DNA of 64,000 nucleotides from Callorhinchus milii (taxonomy: Eukaryota): NCBI RefSeq assembly GCF_018977255.1, contig NW_024704743.1:81532001-81596000 (forward strand), in the 5' to 3' direction. The notes under the pieces were generated by a model. That model searched no databases. It was not told the origin of the DNA and saw only the letters and a list, made by a program, of their open reading frames with translations. Positions 1 through 13,065 of the stretch are shown piece after piece; the first letter of the stretch is position 1; each line of letters opens with the position of its first letter. A program made the position numbers and the translations under genes.

Positions 1-298
1 GCTCTGGAACTCTATCCCCCAGTGCCTTCGCCGCCTCCTCCCTTTCCTCCTTCAAGGCCGGTCTCAAGACCTTTCTCTTTGACCGAGCCTTCAGCTCCCC
101 TCTCGACTCTCTTCCCCCTTCTCGCTCCCTCCCATCCCTCCCCTCACCCTGACCATTTCCCCCCTCCTCGCTCCCTCCCCTCCCCTCACCCTGACCATTT
201 CCCCCCTGCTCGGGTCATGACCCAACTGTGCAGCGCCTTGGGACGTCCTCCTGACGTGAAAGGCGCTTTATAAATGGAATCTTGTTGTTGTTGTTGTT
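1..298 (+). mobile_element. L2-clade LINE 3' end with terminal stem-loop and (TTG)n tail
   Basis: CTCTGGAACTCT...TTCAAGGCCGGTCTCAAGACCTTTCTCTTT (end of ORF2), GCGCCTT...AAGGCGC hairpin at 233-266, tail TTGTTGTTG; similar to other copies in the window. Confidence 0.85.
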
Positions 299-1549
299 AA
301 GAGAAAACATGAGAAAGCGTATAGAGGGATACTGGAGAGGGAAATAAGAAGGATAGGGGCTTGTGTGGAATATAAACACTGGCATGGACTAAATGGGTTA
401 AATGGCCTGTTTCCATGCCATATCACTCTATGTAACTCTATGTTGAACTGACACCTTCCCTGTTTGTATGGATCAGTTATTCAAAGTTATTCAAATGCCT
501 GGAGCTATAGTGGGACCTATTGTCTCTATACTTCCCACATCAGTTTTAAAGTAATGGAAGCCTGAGTTATTGTCACATCTCCTGTCTCAGCTCACTCAAT
601 CCAGTTGTAGTCTTAACTCACTCAATACCTGAATACACATTTTACCCACAAAATACACAAGAATATACAGATTATCCTTTGAAGCGCTTTGAGACGTCTT
701 GATGATGTGATAAGAAGTATATCAAATGCAGTGATCATTATTATTATAGCTCTGCTTGCCACAGCCTGATTCCATTCTTCACAGTTATTCCTAAGTTGTG
801 TTGCACTTCAACACAGACTCCATTGATATCTCCCAGGGAAACACTGTCTCTGAACCTCCGTGCTCTATGACCATTATGGAGCACAGTGCAAGTTGACAGG
901 TTTTCTTAATGGGATTCCTATTAAGGAAATGCAGAAAAAACTATTATGTTAGTTATAGTCAGCCAGGAAAGTCCCCAAAAGCCAGTTGTGCAAAAGCACC
1001 TCTTAAAGTAGCACTCAGCCTTACTGACGACTTTGGTCTATTTTATGAGGTCTGTCATTTTTATATGAAACATATTTTATATCAATGATTTTGAACCTTC
1101 ACTGTGTGATGTCACAAACCAGGACTATTTATTCCCCAGACTGCCATTATTAGCTGTTTCGAACCATAAGGCACAATGAGAGGCATCACACAGTGATACT
1201 GAACATACTTTTACGTGGCAATTCACATGAATGCACTTCCCCTTTAAACAGCTGAAATACTGACTGTGCCATCTATCTTAAAAAGTACTGAAAAGTGAAA
1301 CTGTCTCTATTTTATCGCTGAGCTTAACAGAAGGACACTCTAATCTCTCCTCCTTGGCACTGTTTTTGTGCTTAATCAGCTTCCCCATACTTGAGCCGGG
1401 AGCTTTATCTGGTCTATTGTTGTCCTAGTTGATGGAGGCTCTGTTTTATCAGTCAGTGAAAATGCTTCCGAAGTATGAACCGACCTGAATGTTCCACTAC
1501 TGATAATTTGCAGTTCTACAACGAAGACTGAGCACCATGAAGAGTTTAC

Positions 1550-1775
1550 CTGTTCTCTGGGTCAGGGGTGTACAGACTTCGGGTGACATAGCACATTTTC
1601 AATGGGATGCTTTTCCGGTCTTTATAATCCAGGTGTAATGAGAAGGGAGGGGGTGAGGGAGATTCCGTGGGGACGAAGCCGAGCCGGGGGGATTCTGGAG
1701 GAAGCGTTTCCCATCCAAGTTCCAAAACAGGAGAGTTCTTCTTTATGTACGGCGTTGCTTCCCTCATATACTTCA
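1550..1775 (-). CDS. SNTB1: Beta-1-syntrophin coding exon 3 (end of PDZ, linker, start of second half of PH1)
   Basis: (V)KYMREATPYIKKNSPVLELGWETLPPESPRLG...KDRKSIPLKMCYVTRSLYTPDPEN(R). YMREATPY, GWET.PPESPRLG and DRKSIPLKMCYVTR favour SNTB1 over SNTB2/SNTA1. Acceptor TTTGTTTTAG|TG completes the phase-1 Val codon; donor AG|GTAAAC. Confidence 0.94.
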
Positions 1776-4700
1776 CTAAAACAAAGGAAACGTACATTTA
1801 GGTGAAGCCATGACTCTCAGGGAAATCTGATACATAATAACAATATAATACTTACTATAGCCCCTTACCATGTTGTTGAGATGACTCAAAGCGCTTCAGA
1901 AAATATATCGTAAAGCAGGTTGTCTGTGTATTTTGTGGGCGAAATGCTGCAGCCAATTGTACACAGCAATTGCCCGAAACATTTGTCAGAGGTGCTATCA
2001 TTTGACTATTCAAGTGGACATTAAAAATTCCATGGTACTTTTTGAAAGGAAAAAGGAGTTTCTCCTGGTGTCCTGGCCAACAATCTCCAGATAAAATTGG
2101 CTACACACTCCATGGCTCTTTGTGGGACATTGCTGTGCAAAAGTTGGCTACCGTGTACACCTCTCCACACTGCAGTAAATCCTGTGAAGCACTTTGAGAT
2201 GTTTTGACAACACAATAAGGCACAATATCAAATGCAATAATTATTATTATTTTACACAATATTATAGATTTATCAAGAAATGACAACAAAATATTAGATT
2301 GCTGCGGACTCCTTTTGTCTTTCACACGCTTCACAACATTGTACAAGTACATTTTGAAAAGCCAATAATGTTACAACTGAGAGACACTGACTCTCTAAAG
2401 GCCCCAAAATTCGACCTCATTTTAGCCTGTAAGGCCATTTTGTCTTAAAATTTAAGGTTTGTGCAGACTTGTGAAAAACACTCTTCATTTCAGTTTGAAT
2501 TTGGAAGCTAGTTCTTTTTTTTCCAAGGAAAAAACAAGTTTTCCACATTTCTGAGCAATCTTAAATTTAAAGCAAATTAGTCTTACAAGCTAAGACTCGG
2601 TAGAATTTCAGGCCTTGCGTATTAGGATTTAAGGTGGGTGGAAGAAGGAAAGAGTTATTCTCTCCTCGTTGAATGCAGGGAAGGTCAGGGGGTTGTAACT
2701 GCATTCTACATGTTTGTTGTGTAGTCCTGATTGACCACCTATTCTCATGGGATCATCAGTCTCTGTAGGATCGAGTCTCAGGTAAGGCTCTCAACAGAGA
2801 TCGGGAATGCACCACATGATCAATTGTTCCCTTCAGTAGGGACAGGTTTTAACACACAGCTCTGGCAGGTCCACTGGACTGGGTATTTCTCGCCTTCTCA
2901 GTGATAAATCACAAGTTAATTGTTTTGAAAGTTATCTTAACTTCCTGCTTTCCCCACAACAGAAGCCAAGTTACGAGCAAGCCTGAACAAAGGAAACCAG
3001 ACGCTACCAGATCACGGTGTGAGAGAACAGAAGACAACCCAAGATATATCAATTTATACATATAATTCCGCCATCCACACGTTACTGTTTTCTGTAGGCA
3101 TATGCAACATTTTTAAACAACCTATATTTGACAGTACATTTGTAGGACTTTCATGCTGTCTTTGCTTTTTCTAATTGTATTTCACAGCCAATCCAATCCT
3201 ATTTCTTTATCCAGAGGGTAATCAACAACTGGAACAGGTTGCCAGGAAGGGGTGGTTGAGGCCAGGACACTGGAATCATTGTAAAAGCACCTTTATGCTG
3301 TGATGGGAAAATGGTAGGGTGGACATTCTGGAGGGTTGAGATCAAATGAGCCTAAGGGCCTTCTTCATCCAAAATAATCTTGTGATACATTGGAATGTGA
3401 ATCATTTGGATAGGATGTGAAGACAATTTATTGATGTTACCTTCAGTTCTGAATTAAATGGTGGCTGATGACTGTCCAGTTTGACAGTGCACCAAACTCT
3501 TTGGTAGTAACAAAGTGCTGTATAAACAATCTCATATGTTTTCGTAACTTGTCCCATGGGTCATTTGCAACCACCTCCCCTTCCCAGTGGCTCCTGGTGT
3601 ATCTGGACCTCAGTCGTGGTCTGCCCATCTGTGGGATGTTTGCAAGAGCTGAGATTCAGCTGTGGTCCATCTCCTCCTCCACTCCCAGGGACAGAAAATA
3701 TGGGAATCATTAGGAAACAAGCTTTCCCACTATTGTATGATGTGACCTTCAGTTGTAATGGAACTATTGCTGCTTAGGATGTCACAAAACTCCTAAGAGT
3801 AGCTCTCACGGTAAGGGATTGGTTCTCAACCTGGGGCAATGTCTCTTAACAAAATAGTTCACAGGTAATACTGTCAGGCAGCATTTACTTTATCTTGTGG
3901 TCTGTCTGGCGAGGGACATCACTGAATACAAGAAAAACATTGTAACAAATCCTCTATCTGGTGTCTACAAATCACAATCATGTGTTGCAGACTGGGACAT
4001 AGAATGCAACCTCTGCAAAATGGAAGATGCAGTTAACACAACATCTTGCAGTGCTCCAGTGTCGCGTTTTAGACTCCATTGTTTCTTTAAAAGGACAATT
4101 TGGTGCCAGTTGAAGTAATAATAATAATCCTTGCATTTGATATAGCGCTTTTTCACATGATGCCTTTGCAACGACTCAGCATTGGCGTGAGAATACCAGA
4201 CCCCTTTACCCTATTGTGCAAGCCCGAACTCAAAGGTACAGTAACAAATATTCATGGGAAATCTTTCACTGAACATTTCTCCAGCTTGTGACAAAAAGAA
4301 AAACAAGTGAATGACGTTCATTCAACAAAGACCCCCATCTTTGCACATAGAGGAATTCTGTCTGAAACGGATATTTCCATGTGGTATGTGACTGAAGCCC
4401 TTCCAGCTCTCGCTCCATTCATCACCAGCAATGTCCTGCCTGCTCACTGAGTGCTGAAGCTGATCTGTATCAGTTTTCAGTCAAACTGGCCAAGCTTTTG
4501 AATCAGGTCAGCATGCGGTTTGATAGAGACAATCACTGATAGAAAGTGACGGGAAAGAAAGAGGGGGTGCAGCCAAAGCAGTACTCACATGGGATGGGGG
4601 TGGATGTGTCTGGGGAGCGGAGGGGTAGAAACAATGGTTCATCATGGATACAACTGAAATTGGATGTGCAAGGTTTGGAGTAACTGCCACTGAAAACCTG

Positions 4701-5484
4701 AGCCACAAGACAGCAGTCACAACTAACAGGGAGCTCTAGTTCCAGAGTCTTGTAGGAAGAATAATTCTTTTGTGATGATGACCTCAAAACCTTTCACATC
4801 CTGATAGTGTAGAAACACACACAAACCTTTTGAGTGACCCTGTATTACTAGAATGTTCCATATGTTTTTTTTAAAAAAGGTCTCCCTTATGGACGTCATT
4901 GGTGTTTCTGGATAAGGGCCAAACTAGTCAAGTTTAGAATGTTCCAAAGTCATTACAAAGCACTGCAACTGTTGGCAGGTTTTGTGCAGTTTATAACCGG
5001 CCCATGATTATAATAATATAATATAATAATATGATTCTTCACTTGTTGTGTAGCTGGAGGGGCCTTTACCTTCATTTTCCATGGGGCAAAAGTACAAATA
5101 ACACCATTGTTTCTCAGAGTCTATGAAGAAAAGCTAATCTTTTCTTCCTCCCTCAGTGAGTTCACTATCTCCAGACTGATGAAGGCAGTCACAAGCTGCC
5201 TCTGTGACTGGTTGCCAGCTTTCTCTTTGTTCCCACGGTTTCCCATTAAAACGCTGCAGAGCAGTCAGCCGAACGATGTCAATGAATTTGTCTGCATAAG
5301 GTTGGCATATGCTGAAGGGACAAACACAAGGGGGTTTGGGGGCTGTTTTAAATCGGAAAAAAGTGGTGAAACATGTTGTTAATTGCGTGTGGGTGGTGGG
5401 CGAAGGGGATGGGGGAAGTGTTAGAGGATCAGTTGATAAAGAGAGATATTAAAGTGGTCTGGGTAAGCCCAGGGAAGTGGAACT

Positions 5485-5720
5485 AACAACAACAGCACCT
5501 TTCACATGGGGAGGATGTCCTAATGGATGGACAGCGTACAGCATTTCAGACCCAAGCTGGGATCAGGAAAGGAGAACGGAGGGGAAGGGAAGGGGGTTGA
5601 CCGATGGCATGGTCGAAGAAGAGGGTCTTGAGGCGGGACTTGAAGGAGGCTAAGGAGGGGGCGAGGCAGAGTGATAGGGGGATGGAATTCCAGAGGTTGG
5701 GGGCAGAGTGGCTGAAGGCC
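5485..5720 (-). mobile_element. L2 LINE 3' fragment (minus)
   Basis: Encodes AFSHSAPNLWNSIPLSLCLAPSLASFKSRLKTLFF; (AAC)n tail at 5485. Confidence 0.85.
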
Positions 5721-6086
5721 GCGACCCCATCTCCCCCACTCTCGCCCGACTCCATTGACTCCCTATCCTTCAGAGGATCGAGTTCAAGATCCTGGTCCTC
5801 ACCTACAAAGCCTTCTGTGGCCTCGCCCGACCCTACCTCTGCGACCTCCTAACTCCCTACCAAACTGCCTGCTCCCTCCGCTCAGCCGGCTCTGGCCTGC
5901 TCCACGTCCCCCAACCCACCCGCCCCACCATTGGCGGGAGAGCCTTCAGCCACTCTGCCCCAACCTCTGGAATTCCATCCCCCAATCACTCCACTTCGCC
6001 CCCTCCTTAGCCTCCTTCAAGTCCCGCCTCAATACCCTCCTCTTCGACGTGAAAGGCGCTATACAAATGTAATCTTGTTGTTGTTG
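5721..6086 (+). mobile_element. L2 LINE 3' fragment (plus)
   Basis: TTCAAGATCCTGGTCCTCACCTACAAAGCC (FKILVLTYKA) and LWNSIP...FKSRL motifs; (TTG)n tail. Confidence 0.85.
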
Positions 6087-6728
6087 TACAGGCCCATGTG
6101 TACTTGTCCGAATGTGTTTATGAACAGGTGTGTGTGTGTGCGTGCGTGAGCATGTCTGTTTGTACTTTACACCCCTCCTCTCATGATCAATATCCAACCC
6201 AGTGCCCTTCAAATAAGTGAAGGGCACTAAATGCAAGATGTTATTGTTGTTGTTTGTGTAAATCTACGAGTTCATGTGTGTTTGAATGTGTGTGTGTGTG
6301 TGAGAGATAAGACATGGCGCAGCTGTACATTTCATTGTGGCTCCCCAGACAGCAATTCAACAGCCGCAAATAGTTCCAAAAGCAGCTGCAAGCAGTCTGG
6401 GATGATTCTACGCAGAGAGATGGGGCAGGCAGGACACGATTTGGCACCAGCTTGAAGAGGCTGTGATTCAAATACACGGCACACATTCCCCTGCTCTCAA
6501 CCACTCCTTGAACTAGTATTTTTGCTCCTATTTTAGCTATTGCGTCTTTTTTCCTTCCTCCTCTATATTTATGTTCTACCTTACTCTGGCTGGTGTCACA
6601 CCTTACCTTCCAGCCCCTTCCATCATTACCAATCTCTCCTCTTTCCATGAGAAATCTGCAGTTAGAGGAGCTTGTGAGAAAAACTAAATCTCTCTAACCA
6701 ACTGATTATCCCCAACTCCCTATCAACC

Positions 6729-6985
6729 TGACTCAGTTAGTAGCACTCTTGCCTCTGAGTCAGAAGTTTGTGGGTTCAAACCCTACATTGGTATTTGACG
6801 TCACAGTGCATGCTGAAACTCCAGTGCAGCACTGGGGAGCTGTGTCACATGTGCTATTCTTCAGTTGAGACATTAAACCGAGGTCCTGTCTGCCTATAAA
6901 GTGGATGTTAAGGATCCCATTACATTATTCGAAAAGAGAATGGAAAACATTACTGTATACAAAATTGGCTGCTACGTTTCTGTAC
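6729..6985 (+). mobile_element. Deu-domain SINE (SacSINE1/AmnSINE1-like), partial
   Basis: tRNA-like head (CTCAGTTAGTAGCACTCTTGCCTCTGAGTCAGAAG...GGGTTCAAACCC) plus Deu-like core TGAGACATTAAACCGAGGTCCTG...TTAAGGATCCCAT. Family name from recall. Confidence 0.7.
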
Positions 6986-9900
6986 TTTCTGGAATGCCAC
7001 ATTAATAGAGTCAATTTGGACCCAGATGGAATATAAGATGGGTTTTAAAATAATACAGCATGTTACAGTATTTTAAAATCAAAAGTGGTCAAATCGCTGT
7101 CTAAAATAAATACCCAGCTTGTAACAGCAGTGATTTTGGTAGTCTAACAGAGTATTGGTTTCCAAACAACAACAACAACAAAATTACATTTGTAAAGCGC
7201 CTTTTTACATCAGGAGGACATCCCACAACTCACACTCAGAAGAGAATTAGCTAAAGCTTTAAAATGTTCTCAAAGACAATAGCCAAGTTCTTTGACACAT
7301 TGAATTGGATATGTCCTTTCAAGCTTCCATTGAACTTGAAACTTGAAACAATGATTTGTTAAAATCATCGATCTTTTGCCAACTGTTGTCAGGCTTCAAA
7401 AATGGTTTATGTGGAAATGCCAGGGGTGGTGGGGGCTGAAGGAGAACAAAGAAGCAGAAAGGAGAGAGATTTGCCTTCCTAATTGTTTTGTTTGTTTCTT
7501 TACTGTAGAAAAAAGTACCGTTTTGCTAAACAAAACAGATTGTTGGTAAAACCACCCATTCTTTCTATTACTCTTAATTCTTTTACTTACTACTTTTAAA
7601 CACTGTACGTACATATCTATACATATAAATTTATAAGACTCATATAGCATTTGGCATTAAAAGCTTCTTGTTAATTGGAAAAGGAGCCGGTACAATTGAT
7701 GATATGTTTCCACCCTTATTTTGTAGTGACTGAAGAGTGATTTTGCGACATTTTATTGTTGACCCACGTTAGTCTGGGCCTGATTGGTTGAGCTAATATA
7801 ATACAAAATCGGTGCATGCCGCATAATTCATTTGGAAGGAGCAAGGCTGCATGCAACTGAAATGTTTAGTAATCAAGAAAGGGACTACTGAGATCATTCG
7901 ATAGAGATAAGCCAGTCAATTGGAAATTTGTGGCTGAATTGCCTCCATCTGTTCCTCTGTTACAATAAGTGGTGTCCCTCTTTAAGCGAGGCAAGCAAAG
8001 ATAGGCAAAGCTATTGTTCTAATTTTAACTGGCATATTGATCAAGATCAATATGTTATGACTGCACAAACCATTTCTGATTCACCTTTCCAGTCTTCACT
8101 ACATCTGTTGCAATCTCTGCAATCAATGATACTATCAGTGTCAATGGAGCTCCGCAGTCTAAACTAACTCACATTAATCAAAACTGATTCAATGACTGGT
8201 GAGCAATAGTTCCTGGAAAAGATCTTCACTGTGAATAACGAAATCTAAAATGTGTTACTTGCAGTCGTGAAAGTCAGAATAAAACAGCAATGTTCTACCA
8301 TATAAAGAAAACTAGACTCTGAACTATTTAATATGAGCTCATAATATAGGTTGCTACTCTACTGTACCACTAGAAGAGTATTTGGAGATGGCGACTTTCA
8401 GGTGACATGTTAAAATAACTTTGTGTTTCCGAGTTTTCAGGTGGATTTCAAAGATTCCATACCACCAACTGAAAAGAGAATTTCTTCTAATGTTCTGGCA
8501 AACAATCCAGCAGGTTAATTAACCATTCACTGGGATCTTACTTACGCCAATGACATTTGCCTACAGATAATCACTATGATTGACAGAAACTTTTGAGATG
8601 TTTTGATGGGATAAGCTGCTATAAAAATGCACTGTCTTCTGCTTCCTAGTTTCACGACTGGACCTTGGCTTAATCTAAGGATAGCACCCCAAGCAATGAA
8701 GTGGTCAATGCATTTGAATTTCCCACCCTAGAGTTTCAGACAAGCTCAAATTCCCCTTTGTGGGACTTGAACTCAACTTTCTGACCCAAAGGTGAGATGC
8801 TGCCAATTGAGCAAAGCTGGCACACAAACAACATGGGGAGAATTCTTCAATAAGTTAGAAAATGTATCCACATTGGTAGTCGGCTGGTTTTGATTATCTG
8901 TCAGTGGGTAAATTTCCCGACTTTGTGTTGGAATAAGCGAGCTCAATGGACCAAATGATCTTCTTAGGTTCTTCAGTGAGAATCTCCATGACACAAGCAG
9001 AGTCTGTCTGTTATTAGCATTATCCTCATCCTTGATCTAAAGCTGTTCTGGTGGGCACACTTCTGAGCTTAGTGGTTTGTGAAAACATTAACCACTGCCT
9101 GATACTAAACTGGACAACTCCTAAACCCAAAGAGAGAAGAACAAGACATTTCTGAGGACAAGCAAGGAATTAAGGATCTTGCACATCTTTGGGCAAGACT
9201 ATTAATTTACAATGTTCCTTTTACTTATACAATCCCAGATCACATGCTTACAGGGTTTTAAATATTAATTTACATCCCTACACGCCACATGACTGTTAAC
9301 AAGGGCTGTTATCTTGCACCATTTTACCATTGTGCTGATTTGCTGGTTTAAATGTCACTTTCCTTCACATTCAAAATTTGGTTTGATTCATATTCTTATA
9401 CTGATCTGTATTGTATTTAAGTGAGAGCAACACTAATGTGTGTATATTGCTCCTTCACTCTCTTCATTCCTTCATTTATAGCCTGGAGAACAGTCATTTC
9501 CTCTCACACCGTGGCAGCTTTTCAATAATATAATCGTGAGCTCTTTATTCGCACCACATCTGCTATTAAGTTCTGAATTAATGCGCAGGATTTTATTTAT
9601 ATTTATTTATATTCCGGGAATGCTTTCTATTTTTGTCTAGTTTTACTGTGTAACCACACACATATACACATGGTGGTGCAAAGGGCAATTTAAACCAAAA
9701 TAACTTGCATTTTTATAGCGTTAATCGCACAGGGTAGGGTATCGAAGCGCTTAAGGGCAGACACCAGGAGGAATTTCTTCACCCAGACTGGAACATATTG
9801 CCAGAAAGGGTATTTGAAGCCAGAACACTGGACTCATTTAAAAAAAAAGGCTTTATGATGTAATGGGAGGACAGAGGGTGGGTGTTATGGAGAATAAAGT

Positions 9901-12842
9901 GAAACATTTTACTCCAAAAGAAGACAAATATTGGACTTCTGTGTGAATGCATAAAGAAATTAAGAAGGAAAAGCCATAGCAGACGTGACTTACGGCCATG
10001 TACAGAGAACACCAAGAGAAGGTTTTATTGAGATTATCAGCAAGACACTAAATAACAGGGAGGGTGGGGAAGGCACTCTGGGCACAGGAGGAAGAAGGGT
10101 GGCATGTTCCACAGCAAAAATGTGACAAGTTGCTGGAGAATTTGTATGTGAAGCCAGTGGAAGACTCTGTCTTAAAAGAGAAAGTCGGCTAATACAGTCC
10201 AGTTTGTAGATTGATATTGTATACTGTAGTGTGTTGTGCATACAGTTTACAGTTTCTCTTTAACTTTCCCCAACTCAGCAGTTAGTGGAAAAAAACAACT
10301 AGCTCACTGATCTGCATTTTAAATCTGAAGGGTAGCGTCACTTCCTGAGGCTCAGTGCACTTTCACACCTCAGTAGGTTAACTATGATCATATCAGCACA
10401 TCTCTTATATGTGAGCATTGTTCATAAGCAAATTGGAACAAATTGTGAAATCCTGGGGCCATTTTGTCAGTATCTAGTTGTTCATCTGATAAGGCTCTGT
10501 GTTGACTATTAGAGCCTGTAGATTTTAAACTTCATTTCAAATGCAGCATTTCATAACAGATTCAATATGATAGTTTGCCCACAATGCACAGTCACATCAC
10601 TTTACAGCATATCTTGAGAAGCGCTTTGAGATGTTCTCTTGACTTGAAAGGTGCTATGCCAAATGTATTATAATTACCACCAGTGAAAAATATGACACCG
10701 AATGTCGCATTTTTCCACCCATTCCGACCATTGGAATGTGTTAACCCTTAGGGTGCTGAATACATAGATCCAAGCAAAATGCACTGATTAACCTAATATT
10801 GCAGGAGGCAGACCAAATTGTTATACAGTGTGATGACTTTTTAATCTTGCAGGACACTTGAAATGGATTTGGTTCTTTTGCACTATTCAGACTGACACTA
10901 CAACCCAGCCTGCATTTGCATTGTGGTTAATCCAAATGCAACGTAATTCAAATGAATTGTCAAACAGTATCTCTCTGGAAAATTATGTTATGGGGATTCC
11001 CTGGAAAAGTTGGATTTTAAGCAAGCTGTAGATTAGAGAACACAAAAATAAATCCCTCAAAACCAGGACTGTCTTTGGTTTGTGAGAGAGTATGGCTTCA
11101 CTTACTGGAAATTCAACACAAGACCTAAGTGCACAGGCCATAACAAGAGCAAGGCCATCTCTGCTCTTTCATTGCATTATATCCAGCAGTTCATTCTGAG
11201 CACTGAAGGATAGAATTTATTATATGTTTACACAGCACTCATCCGAAATGTGTTACAATGACTTGGGTGTGGATATGTGGCAGGAAGCTGTATTTTGTTT
11301 TATTTTTAAATTTCTAAACAAGAGTTTTTTTTGATTAGTTCAGGCGTATTCCCATTGGAATATTTTCTGATCCTAACATCTGTATTACAACTAGTCCAGG
11401 CTTGTTCACAAGGCAGTTGCTGGCTGGCTGTACAGTTTGACAAGATGGTAAAGAAAACACAGTTACTGGAAATAATCAGCAATATTGTATCACTTTGTTT
11501 CAGAGATGATACCACTTACCCCATCATACAGGGAGGTAGATAAAAGAAATAAACAAATTTGCCAGCCGGGCAGAATTTCTGCCTTTTGTTAAGACAGTTC
11601 AAAATAGATAATAATAATCCTTGCGTTTGACACAGCACACTATCCCGTCCACAGTCACCTCAAAGTGCTTCAAAGGATTTACTGTTAAGTGTATTTTGTA
11701 GGATGGTGGCTTCAAAGAGGTAAATGGTGCATCTGCTAAAATCAATGTTGGAGGTTATCACAAGATAACAAGGTCATTTGGGATGAAGAAAGACCTGTGC
11801 CCATTGAATGCCCCATGTGGAATACCCACCCTTCCCTTCGAGTATCATAGCATCAAGCTGTTTTTAAATCAAATTCCCTTTATCTTGTGCACCCTTGTCC
11901 ATTTGTGATCAGGGCTCCCTCTGCAATCTGAATCTCAACGAGTTTATCACTGAGATTTAATGATAAACCCAGCCCGTAACTCCCCCAGCTCCACTGGCTC
12001 CCCATCCCCCAGAGAATAAAGTTCAAAATTCTTGTCCTCACCTTCAAGGCCCTCCACGGCCTTGCTCCTTCCTACCTCTGTGACCTGCTAACCCCATATC
12101 AACTTCTCCGCTCCCTCCGCTGGGAAAAACAAGAATGCAATAAAAGATGAATCGTGGTCACAGTTTCATTTATGCTGTCACTAGTCTCTAAAAATAGCAG
12201 GACGGTGCTTCACTACTATCTGTGAATCTTAGCGTAAAACCAACATTTTTAGCAACTTGCCTCAGCTGACTGATTAAAAGTGTCTGCTTAATGTGGAATG
12301 TGTCACACAAAGGTCACCATTAAGCATTTTCCATTACCGCTGAGACAAAGTCGGTAGTTACAGTACACTCTGTTTTCTATTTATTAAAAAGGCCAGAAAC
12401 ACATTAAAGACATGTACCAAACCCACTATAATTAAATAGCTCTCAAGCTGCTGACTAATTTTTATTTTGCTTACTTTCTGGTGAACTGCAAAGTGACTGT
12501 TCATCTAAACTCAGTCACCGCTGAAAGGACAAGCTTTCCCATCGGCTGCCAAGACACAGAGTGCTCTGTAGGATGAGAGCTCGCGGAGGCTCAGTGAGAG
12601 CCCAGCCCCTGACCATCATCTGATATTCAGCAGTGGCCAATGTTTCAGCTCCTACAGAGAGTTTGAAGTTTGTTCCAATGGGGGGAAAGGTGTGCTGGGC
12701 ACAAAGCTGGCTGGCTTTGTCTACAGGAGCACTAAGACAAACTGGTCAGATTTGAACACATGCCTCGACTTCGGTTACAGGGTCAGGAGATATTGCAGAG
12801 GAAGACCTTGTATTTTTAGAACATCTAATAACACCAAAACCT

Positions 12843-13065
12843 GTAATAATAATCTTTGAATTTGATGTAGCGCTTTCATTGGAGGATGTCTTAAAATGGT
12901 TCACAGGATTTACTGTAAAGAGTAGTGACTGCATATTTGCAGGCAAATTTTCACACAGCTTGTACCGCAAACAGCCATGAAACAAATAACATTTTTTTAT
13001 CTTGGGGATTGTTGGCCAAGATTCTGGGAGAAATTCCTGTCTCTTTTCAAAAAGTACCATGGTTT
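12843..13065 (-). mobile_element. Deu-type SINE 3' half, degraded
   Basis: Reverse complement of the shared core/tail (TTGGCCAA, tail ending (ATT)n); similar to 2030-2250. Confidence 0.6.
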
